Shown piece by piece: positions 1 through 9,298 of a DNA stretch of 64,000 nucleotides; the stretch's first letter is position 1, and each line of letters starts with the position of its first letter. The stretch covers positions 102,978 through 166,977 of the forward strand of contig CAWGLR010000002.1 of the NCBI GenBank assembly GCA_963823565.1, read 5' to 3'. This stretch comes from an uncultured Solirubrobacterales bacterium. Its GTDB lineage: Bacteria; Actinomycetota; Thermoleophilia; Solirubrobacterales; 70-9. Under the pieces are notes generated by a model, which did not search any database, was not told the origin of the DNA, and saw only the letters and a program-made list of their open reading frames with translations. The position numbers were made by a program, and so were the translations under genes.

Positions 1-130
1 GATCCCGACGTCGGTCCCCCCGGATGCCTTGAGCCCGCAGGCCTCGCCGGCGGCCCGGAATCCTGGCGCCAGCCCGGTCGGCTCGAGCTCGCTCGACGCC
101 GTCGGGCGCCTCGACCCACCGGGACCGGAA
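1..130 (-). pseudogene. argJ: argJ 5' end (glutamate N-acetyltransferase/amino-acid acetyltransferase), partial at window edge, frame broken once
   Basis: Minus-strand translation gives SFFRSRWVEAPDGVE. One frame over it gives ELEPTGLAPGFRAAGEACGLKASGGTDVGI, which matches the ArgJ N-terminal GFRAAG..GlKaSG motif. It lies directly downstream of argC as in actinobacterial arg operons. No start codon could be identified. Confidence 0.45.
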
Positions 131-140
131 GAAGCTCGGG

Positions 141-170
141 GCTACTTGCTCGGCGCTACTTGCTACTTGC
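141..170. repeat. Short direct repeat, three copies of (G)CTACTTGC (GCAAGTAG on the minus strand), in the argC stop / argJ start junction
   Basis: Read directly: ctacttgc at 142-149 and 156-163, tacttgc at 164-170. The stretch is noticeably more A/T-rich than its surroundings. Confidence 0.6.
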
Positions 171-174
171 TCGC

Positions 175-1213
175 TCAATCCAGCCCCATCGCTTCGTCAA
201 GCCCGAGCATCAGGTTCAGGTTCTGCATCGCCTGCCCCGCCGCCCCCTTCCAGAGGTTGTCGATCGTCGCGAAGACGAGCACGCGCCCGCCGCGGTCGCG
301 GTCGACGTGGATCCGGCAGAGGTTGGTGTCGCGAACGTCGCGGACTCCCGGCGGGCCGGTCGATCACCTCGACGAACGGCTCGCTCGCCGTAGCGCTCGT
401 CGTAGAGCGCGGCGACCTCGCCGGCGTCCGCATCCCGCGTCGGCCGGACGTAGCAGGAGACGAGCTCGCCCTGGTCGAGCGGCAGCAGGTGCGGGACGAA
501 GGTCAGCGGCGGCGGCTTGCCCGCGCCGAGCGCGGCGAGCTCCTGGGCGATCTCCGGCTCGTGGCGATGGCCGCGCCGACGCCGTAGGGGCTCACGTTCT
601 CGTCGAGATTGACGAAGCTCAGCCGCTCGCCGCCGCCGCGCCCGGCGCCGGAGACGCCCGGACTTGGCGTCGACGACGACGTCCTCGATCAGGCCGGCGC
701 CGGCGAGCGGCGCGAGCGCCAGCACGGTCGCCGTCGGGTAGCAGCCCGGGTTGGCGACGAGCTCCGCCTCGCGGATGCGATCGCGGTAGAGCTCGGTCAG
801 GCCGTAGACGGCCTCGCCGAGGAGCTCGGGAGCGGCCAGCTCCCCGTACCAGTCGGCGTAGACGTTGGGGTCGCGCAGCCGGAAGTCCGCCGAGAGGTCG
901 ACGACGAGCAGCCCGAGCTCGCGCAGGCCGGCGACGACCGGCGCCGACGCGCCGTGCGGGTAGGCGACGATCGCGGCGTCGCAGTCCTCGGCCGCGTCGA
1001 CGTCGAGCTCGGTCAGCTCGAGCGGCACGCGGTGGCGCGGGTGAGCTCGTCGAGCCGACGCCGGCGTCCGAGCGCGAGGTCGCGAGGACGAGCTCGAGGC
1101 GCGGGTGGCGCCAGACGAGCGCGCGCCGCCAGCGCGCCGGCGAAGCCCGGAGGCGCCGGCGACGAGGACGCGGGCGACGGGGTCGCCGTCGAGGGGCGGC
1201 GTGCGTCAGCCAC
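175..1213 (-). pseudogene. argC: N-acetyl-gamma-glutamyl-phosphate reductase, multiple frame disruptions
   Basis: ArgC segments are spread over three frames. They include GFAGALAARA, LVWRHPRLELVLATSRSDAG, VPLELTELDVDAAEDCDAAIVAYPHGASAPV...NPGCYPTATVLALAPL...VVVDAKSG, GHRHEPEIAQEL...FVPHLLPLDQG and the C-terminus [29 protein letters not shown]. The ATG at 1213 overlaps the pheT stop. Confidence 0.8.
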
Positions 1214-3680
1214 GGAGCGACGCTCCGATCCCGGCGAGCGCGGCGACGATTCGCTCCCGGCACCGGGCGACCTCCTCGTCGGTCAGCGTCCGGTCGGGCG
1301 CGGCGAACTCCAGTCGCAGCGCCAGGCTCCGCTTGCCCGTCGGGCACCTGCTCGCCCTCGTAGACGTCGAAGATCTCGGCCGAGCGCAGCAGCTCGCCGC
1401 CGGCGCTCGACGACCTCGGCGCGGACCCGCTCGGCCGGCAGCTCGCGGTCGGCGACGACCGCGAGGTCCTCGCTGACGCGCCGGGAAGGTCGTGACGTCC
1501 TCGAACGCGAGCGCCGCCTCGCCACCAAGCAGCGCGCCGGCGTCGATCTCGAAGCGCGACCGCCCCGCGGGCGCCGAGCTCCGCGGCGATCGCCGGGTGC
1601 AGCTCGCCGACCCAGCCGGCGCGCTCACCCCCGATCGTCACCTCGGCGGCCCGGGCCGGGTGGAGGAACGGGCGGGTTCCCGGCGCGAGCGAGGCCTCCC
1701 TCGCCGGCGGCCTCGCAGAGCAGCTCGACCAGGCCCTTGCCGTCGTAGAAGTCGGCGTCGGCGGGGGTCGAGCGCCAGCTCGGACGGCCGCAGCGGCCCG
1801 GCCGCGAGCGCGGCGATCCGGTGCGGCTCGGCGATCGGAGCCGGGCGGTCGCCGGCGAAGTGCCCGTGCAGGGGCCCGCCCGCCGGCCGGCGGGCGCTCG
1901 GGCAGGTAGACGCGCCCGGACTCGAACAGCGCGACGCGGTCCGCGCCGCGAGCGATGTTGTGGCGGGCGGCGGCGAGCAGGCCGCCGATCAGGTCGGTGC
2001 GCATCGCCGACTGCTCCTCCGAGAGCGGGTTGCCGAGCCGCACCGGGTCGATCGCGTCGAGCCCCGGGACGCCGCCGCGACCGGGGGCGACGAAGCTCCA
2101 CGTGATCGCCTCGTCGAGCCCGGCGTCTCGCAGCAGGTCCTCGACCCGCCGCAGCCGCGACTGATCGGGGCGCAGGCCGCCGACCGCGTAGCCGATGTCG
2201 GGCAGCGTCGCCGGCAGGTGCTCGTCGAGCCCGTGGACGCGGGCGACCTCCTCGATCAGGTCGACCTCGCGGGTGACGTCGAAGTGCCGGTCGGGGGGAA
2301 CGCGGACGACGATCTCGCCGCCCTCGCCGTCGTCCCCCGCGGGCTCGAACCCGAGGCGACCGAGGTACTCGCGCGAGCGGTCGGGCGGGATCTCCATCCC
2401 GAGCAGCCCGTCGACCCGCTGCGGCCGGACCGCGACCGAGAAGGTCTCGTAGACGGGATCGCCGGCGTCGACGTCGATCGTGCCGGGGACCAGCCGCGCG
2501 CCGCAGAGCTCGACCATCAGCCGCGACGCGACCGCCTGCGCGCGCATGGTGAGCGCCGGGTGCAGCTGCTTCTCGAAGCGCGTCGAGGCCTCCGAGCGCA
2601 GCGCCAGCAGGTTGGAGGTCCGCAGGATGTTGGTTCCGTTCCAGGTCGCGGCCTCCATCAGCACGCGCGTCGTCGTCTCGGAGACCTCGGAGACCTGGCC
2701 ACCCATGATCCCCGCGATCCCGCTCGGCTGCTCGCGATCGCGACGAGGACGGTCTCGGGGTCGAGGGTGCGCTCGACGTCGTCCAGGGTGGTCATCCTCT
2801 CCCCCGCGTTCGCGGCGCGAACGATGATCTCGCCGCCGGGGACCTTGTCGAGGTCGAAGGCGTGCAGCGGCTGCCCGGTGAGCAGCATCACGTAGTTGGT
2901 GATGTCGACGACGTTGTTGATCGGGCGCTGGCCGGCGGCGATCAGCCGTGCCTTCAGCCACAGCGGCGACGGGCCGATCGTCACGTCCTCGAAGGCACGG
3001 GCCGTGAAGCGCGGGCACAGCGCCGGGACCTCGACCCGCACCGAGGCGTGGTCGGAGACGTGATCGTCGCCTGCGGCCTCCGTGTCGGCCTCCCAGGGGG
3101 CGTCGGCGAGCGGGGCGCCGGTGATCGCGTGGACCTCGCGGGCGACGCCGTAGACGCCGAGGCAGTCGGGGCGGTTCGGCGTGATCTCGAGCTCGAGCAC
3201 GGTCTCGGAGATCGGCAGCGCGTCGGCGAGCGGGCCGCCGGGCCGGTCGGTTCCCGGCATCCCGTCGAGGACGGCGATCCCGGAGGCGTCCTCGCCGACC
3301 TCCATCTCGGTCTCGGAGAGGATCATCCCGTTGGAGACGATGCCGCGGAGCTTCGCTTTGCCGAGCTTCGTCCCGTCGGGCATCACCGCGCCGGGCAGCG
3401 CGACTGCGACCGTCTGCCCGGCGGCGACGTTCGGGGCGCCGCAGACGATCGTCTCCGGCTCGGCCTCGCCGATGTCGACGGTGCAGACCCGCAGGCGGTC
3501 GGCGTCGGGGTGCTTGACGGCCTCCAGCACCCGTCCGACCACGAAGTTCTCTCCCGACGGCGCGCCGGAGTGCGTGACTCGCTCGACCTCGGTGCCTGTC
3601 ATCGACAGGCGCTCGGCGAGCGCCCGCGGCTCGAGGCCCGGATCGCAGAGCGAGCGCAGCCATGTGAACGGGACGCTCAT
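1206..3680 (-). pseudogene. pheT: Phenylalanine--tRNA ligase beta subunit; 5' third intact, 3' two-thirds broken by at least 8 frame changes
   Basis: MSVPFTWLRSLCDPGLEPRALAERLSMTGTEVE...ITNYVMLLTGQPLHAFD is in one frame down to about 2745. GIAGIMGGQVSEVSETTTRVLMEAATWNG..., ADFYDGKGLVELLCEAAGE, FLHPARAAEVTIGGERAGWVGELHP, LRSAEIFDVYEGEQVPDG and KRSLALRLEFAAPDRTLTDEEV...ASLRG are in alternating frames. The start overlaps the pheS stop as ATGA. Confidence 0.92.
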
Positions 3681-4804
3681 CAGAACTGCTCCAGCATCCG
3701 CACGTCGTTGTCGAAGAACATGCGCAGGTCGGGGACGCCGTACTTGAGCATCGCGACGCGCTCGACCCCGAGCCCGAACGCGAACCCCTGCACGCGCTCG
3801 GGGTCGTAGCCGTTCTCGCGCACGAACCCGAAGACGTTCGGGTCGACCATGCCGGCGCCGAGGATCTCCAGCCACCCGGTTCCCTTGCAGAGCGAGCAGC
3901 GCTCGCCGTCGAGCTCGCCGTCGCCGTCGCAGCGGAAGCAGGAGACGTCGACCTCGACGCTCGGCTCGGTGAACGGGAAGAAGTGCGGGCGGATGCGGAC
4001 GTCGCGATCGAGGCCGAAGATCGTCCGCGCGAAGGTGAGCAAGGTGCCGTGGAGGTCGGCGAGCGTGATGCTCTCGGCGACGGCGAGACCCTCGATCTGG
4101 GTGAACATCGGCGTGTGGGTCGCGTCGGAGTCGCGACGGTAGACGCGGCCGGGGATGACGACCGCGATCGGCGGCTCCTGGTCCTCCATGCCGCGCACCT
4201 GCATCGGCGAGGTGTGCGTCCGCAGCAGCACGTCGCGCGGGCCCGGCGGCGCCGTCAGCGGCTCGCCGTCGGTGCCGACGAGGCGCGGGTCGGGGCCGAG
4301 GGTGGCGGGGTCGACGTAGAAGGTGTCCTGGGCCATCCGCGCGGGATGGCCGGGCGGGTAGTTGAGCGCGGTGAAGTTGTAGTAGTCGTGCTCGACCTCA
4401 GGGCCCTCGAGGACCTTGTAGCCGAGGCCGACGAAGACGTCCTCGATCTCGCGGCGAACCAGGGTCAGCGGATGGAGGTGGCCGAGGCGGACCGGCGGCG
4501 TGCCGGGAAGCGTGACGTCGATCGCCTCCGCCACCAGGCGCGCGTCGAGCTCGCCGCGCTCGAGGCGGTCGCGCGCCTCGGCCAGCAGGGCCTCGAGCTC
4601 GCCGCGGGCGTGGTTGCCGGCCTTGCCGACCGGGCCGCGCTCGGCCGGGTCGAGCTCGCCGATGCCGCGGAGGATCGTGGTCAGCTCGGCCTTCCGGCCG
4701 AGGAAGCGGACCCGGATCTCCTCGAGCGCCGCGGCGTCCGGCGCCGCCTCGATCGCGGTCCGGGCCTCTTCGCGCAGCTTCTCGATCCGCTCGAGCATCG
4801 TCAT
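3680..4804 (-). CDS. pheS: Phenylalanine--tRNA ligase alpha subunit
   Basis: Intact 374-aa ORF starting MTMLERIEKLREEA. It carries class II aaRS motifs (HPLTLVRREIEDVF, FRAP-like LLRTHTSPMQVR, GFAFGLGVERVAMLKYG). It sits upstream of pheT. Confidence 0.96.
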   Translation of the reverse strand: MTMLERIEKLREEARTAIEAAPDAAALEEIRVRFLGRKAELTTILRGIGELDPAERGPVGKAGNHARGELEALLAEARDRLERGELDARLVAEAIDVTLPGTPPVRLGHLHPLTLVRREIEDVFVGLGYKVLEGPEVEHDYYNFTALNYPPGHPARMAQDTFYVDPATLGPDPRLVGTDGEPLTAPPGPRDVLLRTHTSPMQVRGMEDQEPPIAVVIPGRVYRRDSDATHTPMFTQIEGLAVAESITLADLHGTLLTFARTIFGLDRDVRIRPHFFPFTEPSVEVDVSCFRCDGDGELDGERCSLCKGTGWLEILGAGMVDPNVFGFVRENGYDPERVQGFAFGLGVERVAMLKYGVPDLRMFFDNDVRMLEQF

Positions 4805-5523
4805 CGGCCACCCCCGCCGGGCTTGAGCGACGATATCCGCTGGAGCCCGATCGCCGCCGCCGCCGCGACGTTGAGGGACTCGCTTCCCGGCCGGAGGGCG
4901 ATCGTGACCCGGGCGTCGCACTGATCGGCGATCTCCCAGGGCAGCCCCTCCCGCTCCCCGCCGAGGCAGAGGGTCGGCGGGGAGTCGAGCGCCGCGAGCG
5001 CCGCGTCGAGGTCCTCGCCGCCGTGGGCGACGAGCGCCAGCCGCGGACGCGCGGTGTCGGCCAGGGCGCCTCGGCTCGGCGGCGAGGAGAAGATCGCCCC
5101 CATCGTCGCCCGGACGCCCTTCGGCGAGTAGGCGTCGGCGCTGCCGGGGCCGAGGACGACGCGGGCCCCGGTCAGCGCGGCGGCGGTGCGCACGATCGTG
5201 CCGACGTTTCCGGGGTCGGCGACCCCGTGGAGGTACACGCACTGCCCGGCCGGCGGCTCGGCGCCGGCGAGCGGCCAGACCGCGATCACCCGCGTGCCCG
5301 ACCCGAGCGAGGAGACGCCGTCGAGCAGGGCGGGCTCGACCTCCTCGCCCTCGATCCCGCTGCCGGGGGCCACCAGCACGTCGATCGGCTCGACGCCCAC
5401 CGCGCGGCCGGCCGCGAGCAGGTCCTCGCCCTCGGTGACGAAGGCGCCCTCCTTCTCCCGCCACTTGCGCGCCTGGAGCTTGCGGGCCCGCTTGAGTCGT
5501 GAGTTTTCGCTGCTGACGATCAT
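4801..5523 (-). CDS. TrmH/SpoU-family RNA 2'-O-methyltransferase
   Basis: 240 aa from MIVSSENSRLKRARKL. SpoU motifs are present (HGVADPGNVGTIVRTAAALG, LGGEREGLP, SLNVAAAAAIGL). Its position after rplT is typical of actinobacteria. ATGA overlap with the pheS start. Confidence 0.85.
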   Translation of the reverse strand: MIVSSENSRLKRARKLQARKWREKEGAFVTEGEDLLAAGRAVGVEPIDVLVAPGSGIEGEEVEPALLDGVSSLGSGTRVIAVWPLAGAEPPAGQCVYLHGVADPGNVGTIVRTAAALTGARVVLGPGSADAYSPKGVRATMGAIFSSPPSRGALADTARPRLALVAHGGEDLDAALAALDSPPTLCLGGEREGLPWEIADQCDARVTIALRPGSESLNVAAAAAIGLQRISSLKPGGGGR

Positions 5524-5600
5524 GTTCTCGAGTGCTGTCTGCTCCAACAAAAAAGGCGGCCCACCATGGACCGCCCGGGAAGAACTGCGTGTGACCGTCG

Positions 5601-5957
5601 CTACGCGACGGCCTCCCGGGCCACCTCGGCAAATCGGCGGAACGCCTCGGGGTCGCGGACGGCGATGTCCGCGAGCATCTTCCGGTTGACCTCGACGCCG
5701 GCGGCGTCCAGTCCGTGGATGAACTCCGAGTAGCTCATGCCGTTCTGGCGCGCGGCGGCGTTGATCCTGGTGATCCAGAGCCGCCGGAACTCGCGCTTGC
5801 GGTTGCGCCGGTCGCGGTAGGCGTACTGGCCCGACCGCATGACCTGCTCGTTCGCGAACCGGTAGGAGGAGTGCTTGCGCCCGTAGTAGCCCTTCGCCTG
5901 CGCGAGGGTCTTCTTCCGCCGCTTGCGGCGGGCGACGCTGTTGGTCGCGCGGGGCAT
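5601..5957 (-). CDS. rplT: 50S ribosomal protein L20
   Basis: 118 aa, [33 protein letters not shown]...; unmistakable L20. Confidence 0.97.
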   Translation of the reverse strand: MPRATNSVARRKRRKKTLAQAKGYYGRKHSSYRFANEQVMRSGQYAYRDRRNRKREFRRLWITRINAAARQNGMSYSEFIHGLDAAGVEVNRKMLADIAVRDPEAFRRFAEVAREAVA

Positions 5958-6158
5958 CTACTTGCCTCCCCCGAGGAGCTGCCGAACCCGCTTGGTGTCC
6001 GCGGGGGCGATCTCCACCGGCCGCTCCATCCGCCGCTTCCGCTTCGGCGACTTCTTCTCGAGGATGTGGCTCGAGTAGGCGCGCCGCCCGCGGAGCTTGC
6101 CCGTGGCGGTCTTGCGGAAGCGCTTCTTGGCGCCTGAATGGGACTTCATCTTCGGCAT
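5958..6158 (-). CDS. rpmI: 50S ribosomal protein L35
   Basis: 66 aa, MPKMKSHSGAKKRFRKTATGKLRGRRAYSSHILEKKS; abuts the rplT start. Confidence 0.95.
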   Translation of the reverse strand: MPKMKSHSGAKKRFRKTATGKLRGRRAYSSHILEKKSPKRKRRMERPVEIAPADTKRVRQLLGGGK

Positions 6159-6200
6159 GGGGAACGCGGTATTGAAGCAGAGGGGCGCGGCGGGACGCTT

Positions 6201-7343
6201 CTACCCCGCCGCAAGCGCATCGGCGAGCGCGTGGCAGGCGAAAGCGACGTCCTCGGGACCGAGCGCGGCCGAGGCCGGCATCGCCAGGTGACGCTCGGCG
6301 AAATCCTCGGCGACCGGGCACGGGCGTGCGCGGCCGGCCTCCCTGTAGAGCGAGAGGGTCGTGATCGACGGGTAGACGGTGGTCTGGACGCCCTGCTCGC
6401 CCAGACGTGCCCGGACGCGGTCGCGGAGGCCCGTCTCTGCGACGACTACGGGGAGGCAGTAGTGGCCCGCCCTTGCGGCCTGCTCGTCGCTGAACGGCAG
6501 CGCGACGTGGTCGAGGTCGGAGAGGCGCCGGCGGTACGCCACGGCCGTGTCGCGCAGGCTCGCGAGGCGGCCATCGAGCTCGGCGAGGTGGGCGTGCGCC
6601 ATCGCCGCGCGGGGCTCGTCGATCCGGTAGTTGAAGCCGAGGTCGGTGATGTCGTAGGTCTCCGCGTGACCGCGGTGGCGGTCCCACGTGACCGACGTCA
6701 TCGCGTGGGAGCGGAGGAGCCGGACGCGCTCGGCGACCGTCTCGTCGTCGGTGACGACTATGCCGCCCTCGCCGACCGGAAGCTGGGTCTTGGGGAAGAA
6801 CGAGAAGACGCCGGCCCGTCCCAGGGTGCCCGTGGGAGCGCCGTCGGCGAGGACCGAGCCGGCGGCCTCGCAGGAGTCCTCGATCAGCGCGATGCCGCGC
6901 TCGTCGCAGAGCGCGCGAAGGGCGGCGAGCTCGCGCGGGTACCCGAACATGTGCACCGCGACGACCGCCTTGGTCCGGTCGCCGATCGCGGCCTCGACCG
7001 AGGCGACGTCCAGCAGCGGCTGCTCGGACGACTCGACGTCCGCGAACACGGCCTCCCCCCCGCACCAGTGCGGGGCGTGGGCGTCGGCGACGAAGCTGAA
7101 GGCCGGGACGATCACCTCGTCGCCGGGGCCGACACCGACTCCCAGGAGAGCGAGATGCAGGCCCGCCGACCCACTCGAGACGGCGACGGCGTGGGCCGCG
7201 CCGAGACGCTCCGCGAACGCGGCCTCCAGCGCCTGAGTGCGCGGGCCCATCGTCAGCCAGTTGCTATCGAGTGCGTCCATCGCGGCGCTGATGACGTCCT
7301 CGCTGAGCCGGACGTCCGCGAGCGGGATTCGCCACTGGGTCAT
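6201..7343 (-). CDS. DegT/DnrJ/EryC1/StrS-family PLP aminotransferase (paralog 2, atypical Lys position)
   Basis: 380 aa from MTQWRIPLADVRLSEDV. Family motifs are present (SNWLTMGPRTQALEAAFA, SSGSAGLHLAL, GDEVIVPAFSF, IEDSCEA, FSFFPKTQLPVGEGG, LRSHAMT, LGFNYRIDE). ATGA overlap with the upstream paralog. Confidence 0.9.
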   Translation of the reverse strand: MTQWRIPLADVRLSEDVISAAMDALDSNWLTMGPRTQALEAAFAERLGAAHAVAVSSGSAGLHLALLGVGVGPGDEVIVPAFSFVADAHAPHWCGGEAVFADVESSEQPLLDVASVEAAIGDRTKAVVAVHMFGYPRELAALRALCDERGIALIEDSCEAAGSVLADGAPTGTLGRAGVFSFFPKTQLPVGEGGIVVTDDETVAERVRLLRSHAMTSVTWDRHRGHAETYDITDLGFNYRIDEPRAAMAHAHLAELDGRLASLRDTAVAYRRRLSDLDHVALPFSDEQAARAGHYCLPVVVAETGLRDRVRARLGEQGVQTTVYPSITTLSLYREAGRARPCPVAEDFAERHLAMPASAALGPEDVAFACHALADALAAG

Positions 7344-8506
7344 CGGCCCGCTCCGATGTGCTCGAGCGACTCGGCGATGGCGCCGGCGACGCGCTCCTGC
7401 TGCTCCGGGGAGATGCGGGGGAAGAGCGGGATCGAGAACAGGCCCTCGGCCGCGCGCTCGGTCCGTGGCAGCGAGACGTCGCCGTAGGCCTCGCGATAGG
7501 CCGTGAAGCGGTGGACCGCGGGATACATCGTCGTCTGCACCCCGTGCTCGGAGGCGAGCCGCTCGCGCACGGCCCGCCGTTCGGCGACCCCCGCGGTCAC
7601 CACGCCCATCAGGTAGCAGGAGGAGAGATCGAGGTCGAAGCCGGAGTACGGGATCGTGATCCCAGCGAGGTCGCCGAGCAGCTCGCGATAGCGGGCGACC
7701 GCGCGACGGCGCTCGACGAGCTCGTCCTCGAGCCGGTGGAAGCGGGTGAGCAGCAGCGCGGCCCTGGGGTCGTCGAAGCGGTAGTTGAACCCGCGCTCGG
7801 TGACGTCGTAGGAGTCGGCGACGCCGCGGTGGCGATCGATCGAGACCGCCGTCATTCCGTGCGAACGCAGCCTTCGCACGCGGGTGGCGACCTCGGCGGA
7901 GTCGGTGACGAGGGCGCCTCCCTCGCCGATGCCGAGCACCTTGTTGGGGAAGAACGAGTAGCAACCCGCCATCCCGAAGCTGCCGAGCTTCGGGCCGCCG
8001 GCGCGCTGGCGCGCGCTCGGGGCGTGGGCGGAGTCCTCGATCAGAGCGAGACCGCGACGGTCGCAGAGCTCGGCGAGCCGGTCGATCTCGACGGCGTAGC
8101 CGGCGTAGTGGACGGGGATCACGGCTTTCGTCCGCTCTCCGATCAGGGACTCGACGTGATCGACGTCGATCCCGAGGTCGTGCTCGGAGACGACGTCGGC
8201 GAAGACCGGCTTGGCGCCGGTGTAGCGAACCGCGTTGGCGGTCGCCGCGAAGGTCATCGACGGGACGATCACCTCGTCGCCCGGGCCGACCCCGGCGACG
8301 ACGCAGGCGAGGTGGAGGGCGGCGGTGCAACTGGACACCGCGACGCAGTGCTCGACGCCGATGCTCTCGGCGAACTCCCGCTCGAAGCGCTCGGTCCGCT
8401 CCCCCATCGTCAGCCAGCCGGAGCGCAGCGCCGCCTCGACCGCCCGCTTGTCGTCGTCCGTCACGCGGACGTCGAAGACCGGAAGCTGCTCCACCTGCCC
8501 TGCCAT
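7340..8506 (-). CDS. DegT/DnrJ/EryC1/StrS-family PLP aminotransferase (paralog 1)
   Basis: 388 aa. Family motifs are present (SGWLTMGERTERFEREFA, SSCTAALHLA, GDEVIVPSMTF, IEDSAHA, YSFFPNKVLGIGEGG, LRSHGMT, GFNYRFDD). Confidence 0.9.
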   Translation of the reverse strand: MAGQVEQLPVFDVRVTDDDKRAVEAALRSGWLTMGERTERFEREFAESIGVEHCVAVSSCTAALHLACVVAGVGPGDEVIVPSMTFAATANAVRYTGAKPVFADVVSEHDLGIDVDHVESLIGERTKAVIPVHYAGYAVEIDRLAELCDRRGLALIEDSAHAPSARQRAGGPKLGSFGMAGCYSFFPNKVLGIGEGGALVTDSAEVATRVRRLRSHGMTAVSIDRHRGVADSYDVTERGFNYRFDDPRAALLLTRFHRLEDELVERRRAVARYRELLGDLAGITIPYSGFDLDLSSCYLMGVVTAGVAERRAVRERLASEHGVQTTMYPAVHRFTAYREAYGDVSLPRTERAAEGLFSIPLFPRISPEQQERVAGAIAESLEHIGAGR

Positions 8507-8580
8507 CAGGTGCTCTCTTCGGCGCGCTCGGGGGTCAACTTGAAGGGCGGGCGGAGCGCGTCCACGCCCCCGGACGAACG

Positions 8581-9141
8581 CTAGGAGACGCCGGCACTCT
8601 TGCCGGGGGCGAGGACCATGTGCATGTTGCGGCCCTCCTGCTGGGGCGCCTGCTCGATCGTCGCCTGCTCGCCGAGGTCCTCGAAGAGGCGCTGGAGGAG
8701 CGCTCGGCCGCGCTCGGGGTGGGCCTGCTCGCGACCGCGGAACATGATCGTCACCTTGACCTTGTCCTTCTTGTTGAGGAAGCGCTCGACGTGGCCCTTC
8801 TTGGTCTCGTAGTCGTGGTCGGCGATCTTCGGCCGCAGCTTGATCTCGCGGATGTTGACCTGCTGCTGGTGCTTGCGGGCCTGCTTGGCCTTCTGCTCCT
8901 GCTCGTACTTGTACTTCGAGTAATCCAGCAGCCGGCAGACCGGAGGGCGCGAGTCGGCGGCGACCTCGACCAGATCGAGCTCGGCCTCACGGGCGATGCG
9001 GCGCGCCTCGTCGGTGTCGACGACGCCGATCTGCTCGCCGTCGGCGCCGATCAGGCGCACCTTGGGCACGCGGATGCGCTCGTTGATGCGAGTCGGGTCC
9101 CGGTCCGGGGGACGCCGGTCGAAGCGACGCGGGACCGGCAC
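8581..9141 (-). CDS. infC: Translation initiation factor IF-3
   Basis: 186 aa with [24 protein letters not shown]...LDLVEV...[15 protein letters not shown]...[15 protein letters not shown]. The start is taken from the ORF track; IF-3 often uses atypical starts. Confidence 0.92.
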   Translation of the reverse strand: MPVPRRFDRRPPDRDPTRINERIRVPKVRLIGADGEQIGVVDTDEARRIAREAELDLVEVAADSRPPVCRLLDYSKYKYEQEQKAKQARKHQQQVNIREIKLRPKIADHDYETKKGHVERFLNKKDKVKVTIMFRGREQAHPERGRALLQRLFEDLGEQATIEQAPQQEGRNMHMVLAPGKSAGVS

Positions 9142-9201
9142 TAGGAGATTCGGACGCGCGGCGTCAAGCCGTTGCGGGGAAGCTCACGGGGCGAGACAGG
9201 G

Positions 9202-9254
9202 GCAAGTACTCGGGCGCGAGGGCTCAGCGGCGCGTCGAGGGCTCGGGTACTTGC
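9202..9254. promoter_or_regulatory. Imperfect inverted repeat in the thrS-infC spacer (infC leader / thrS 3' end)
   Basis: gcaagtactcgggc (9202-9215) and gctcgggtacttgc (9241-9254) form an 8-bp perfect core gcaagtac/gtacttgc plus extension, with a 25-nt loop. This is the only A/T-richer element in the 157-nt spacer. Confidence 0.35.
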
Positions 9255-9298
9255 ATCGGCGCGGAGTATAGACACGCTCGGTGCGCGCGGAGCGGGAT

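Noticed and set aside
619-3663. 1014-aa minus-strand ORF that looks like a single huge gene
   Set aside because: Only internal stretches (for example GIAGIMGGQVSEVSE..., FLHPARAAEVTIGG...) are real PheT sequence. The rest is out-of-frame read-through across argC and the pheT 5' region. It is a mosaic created by frameshifts and the lack of stop codons.
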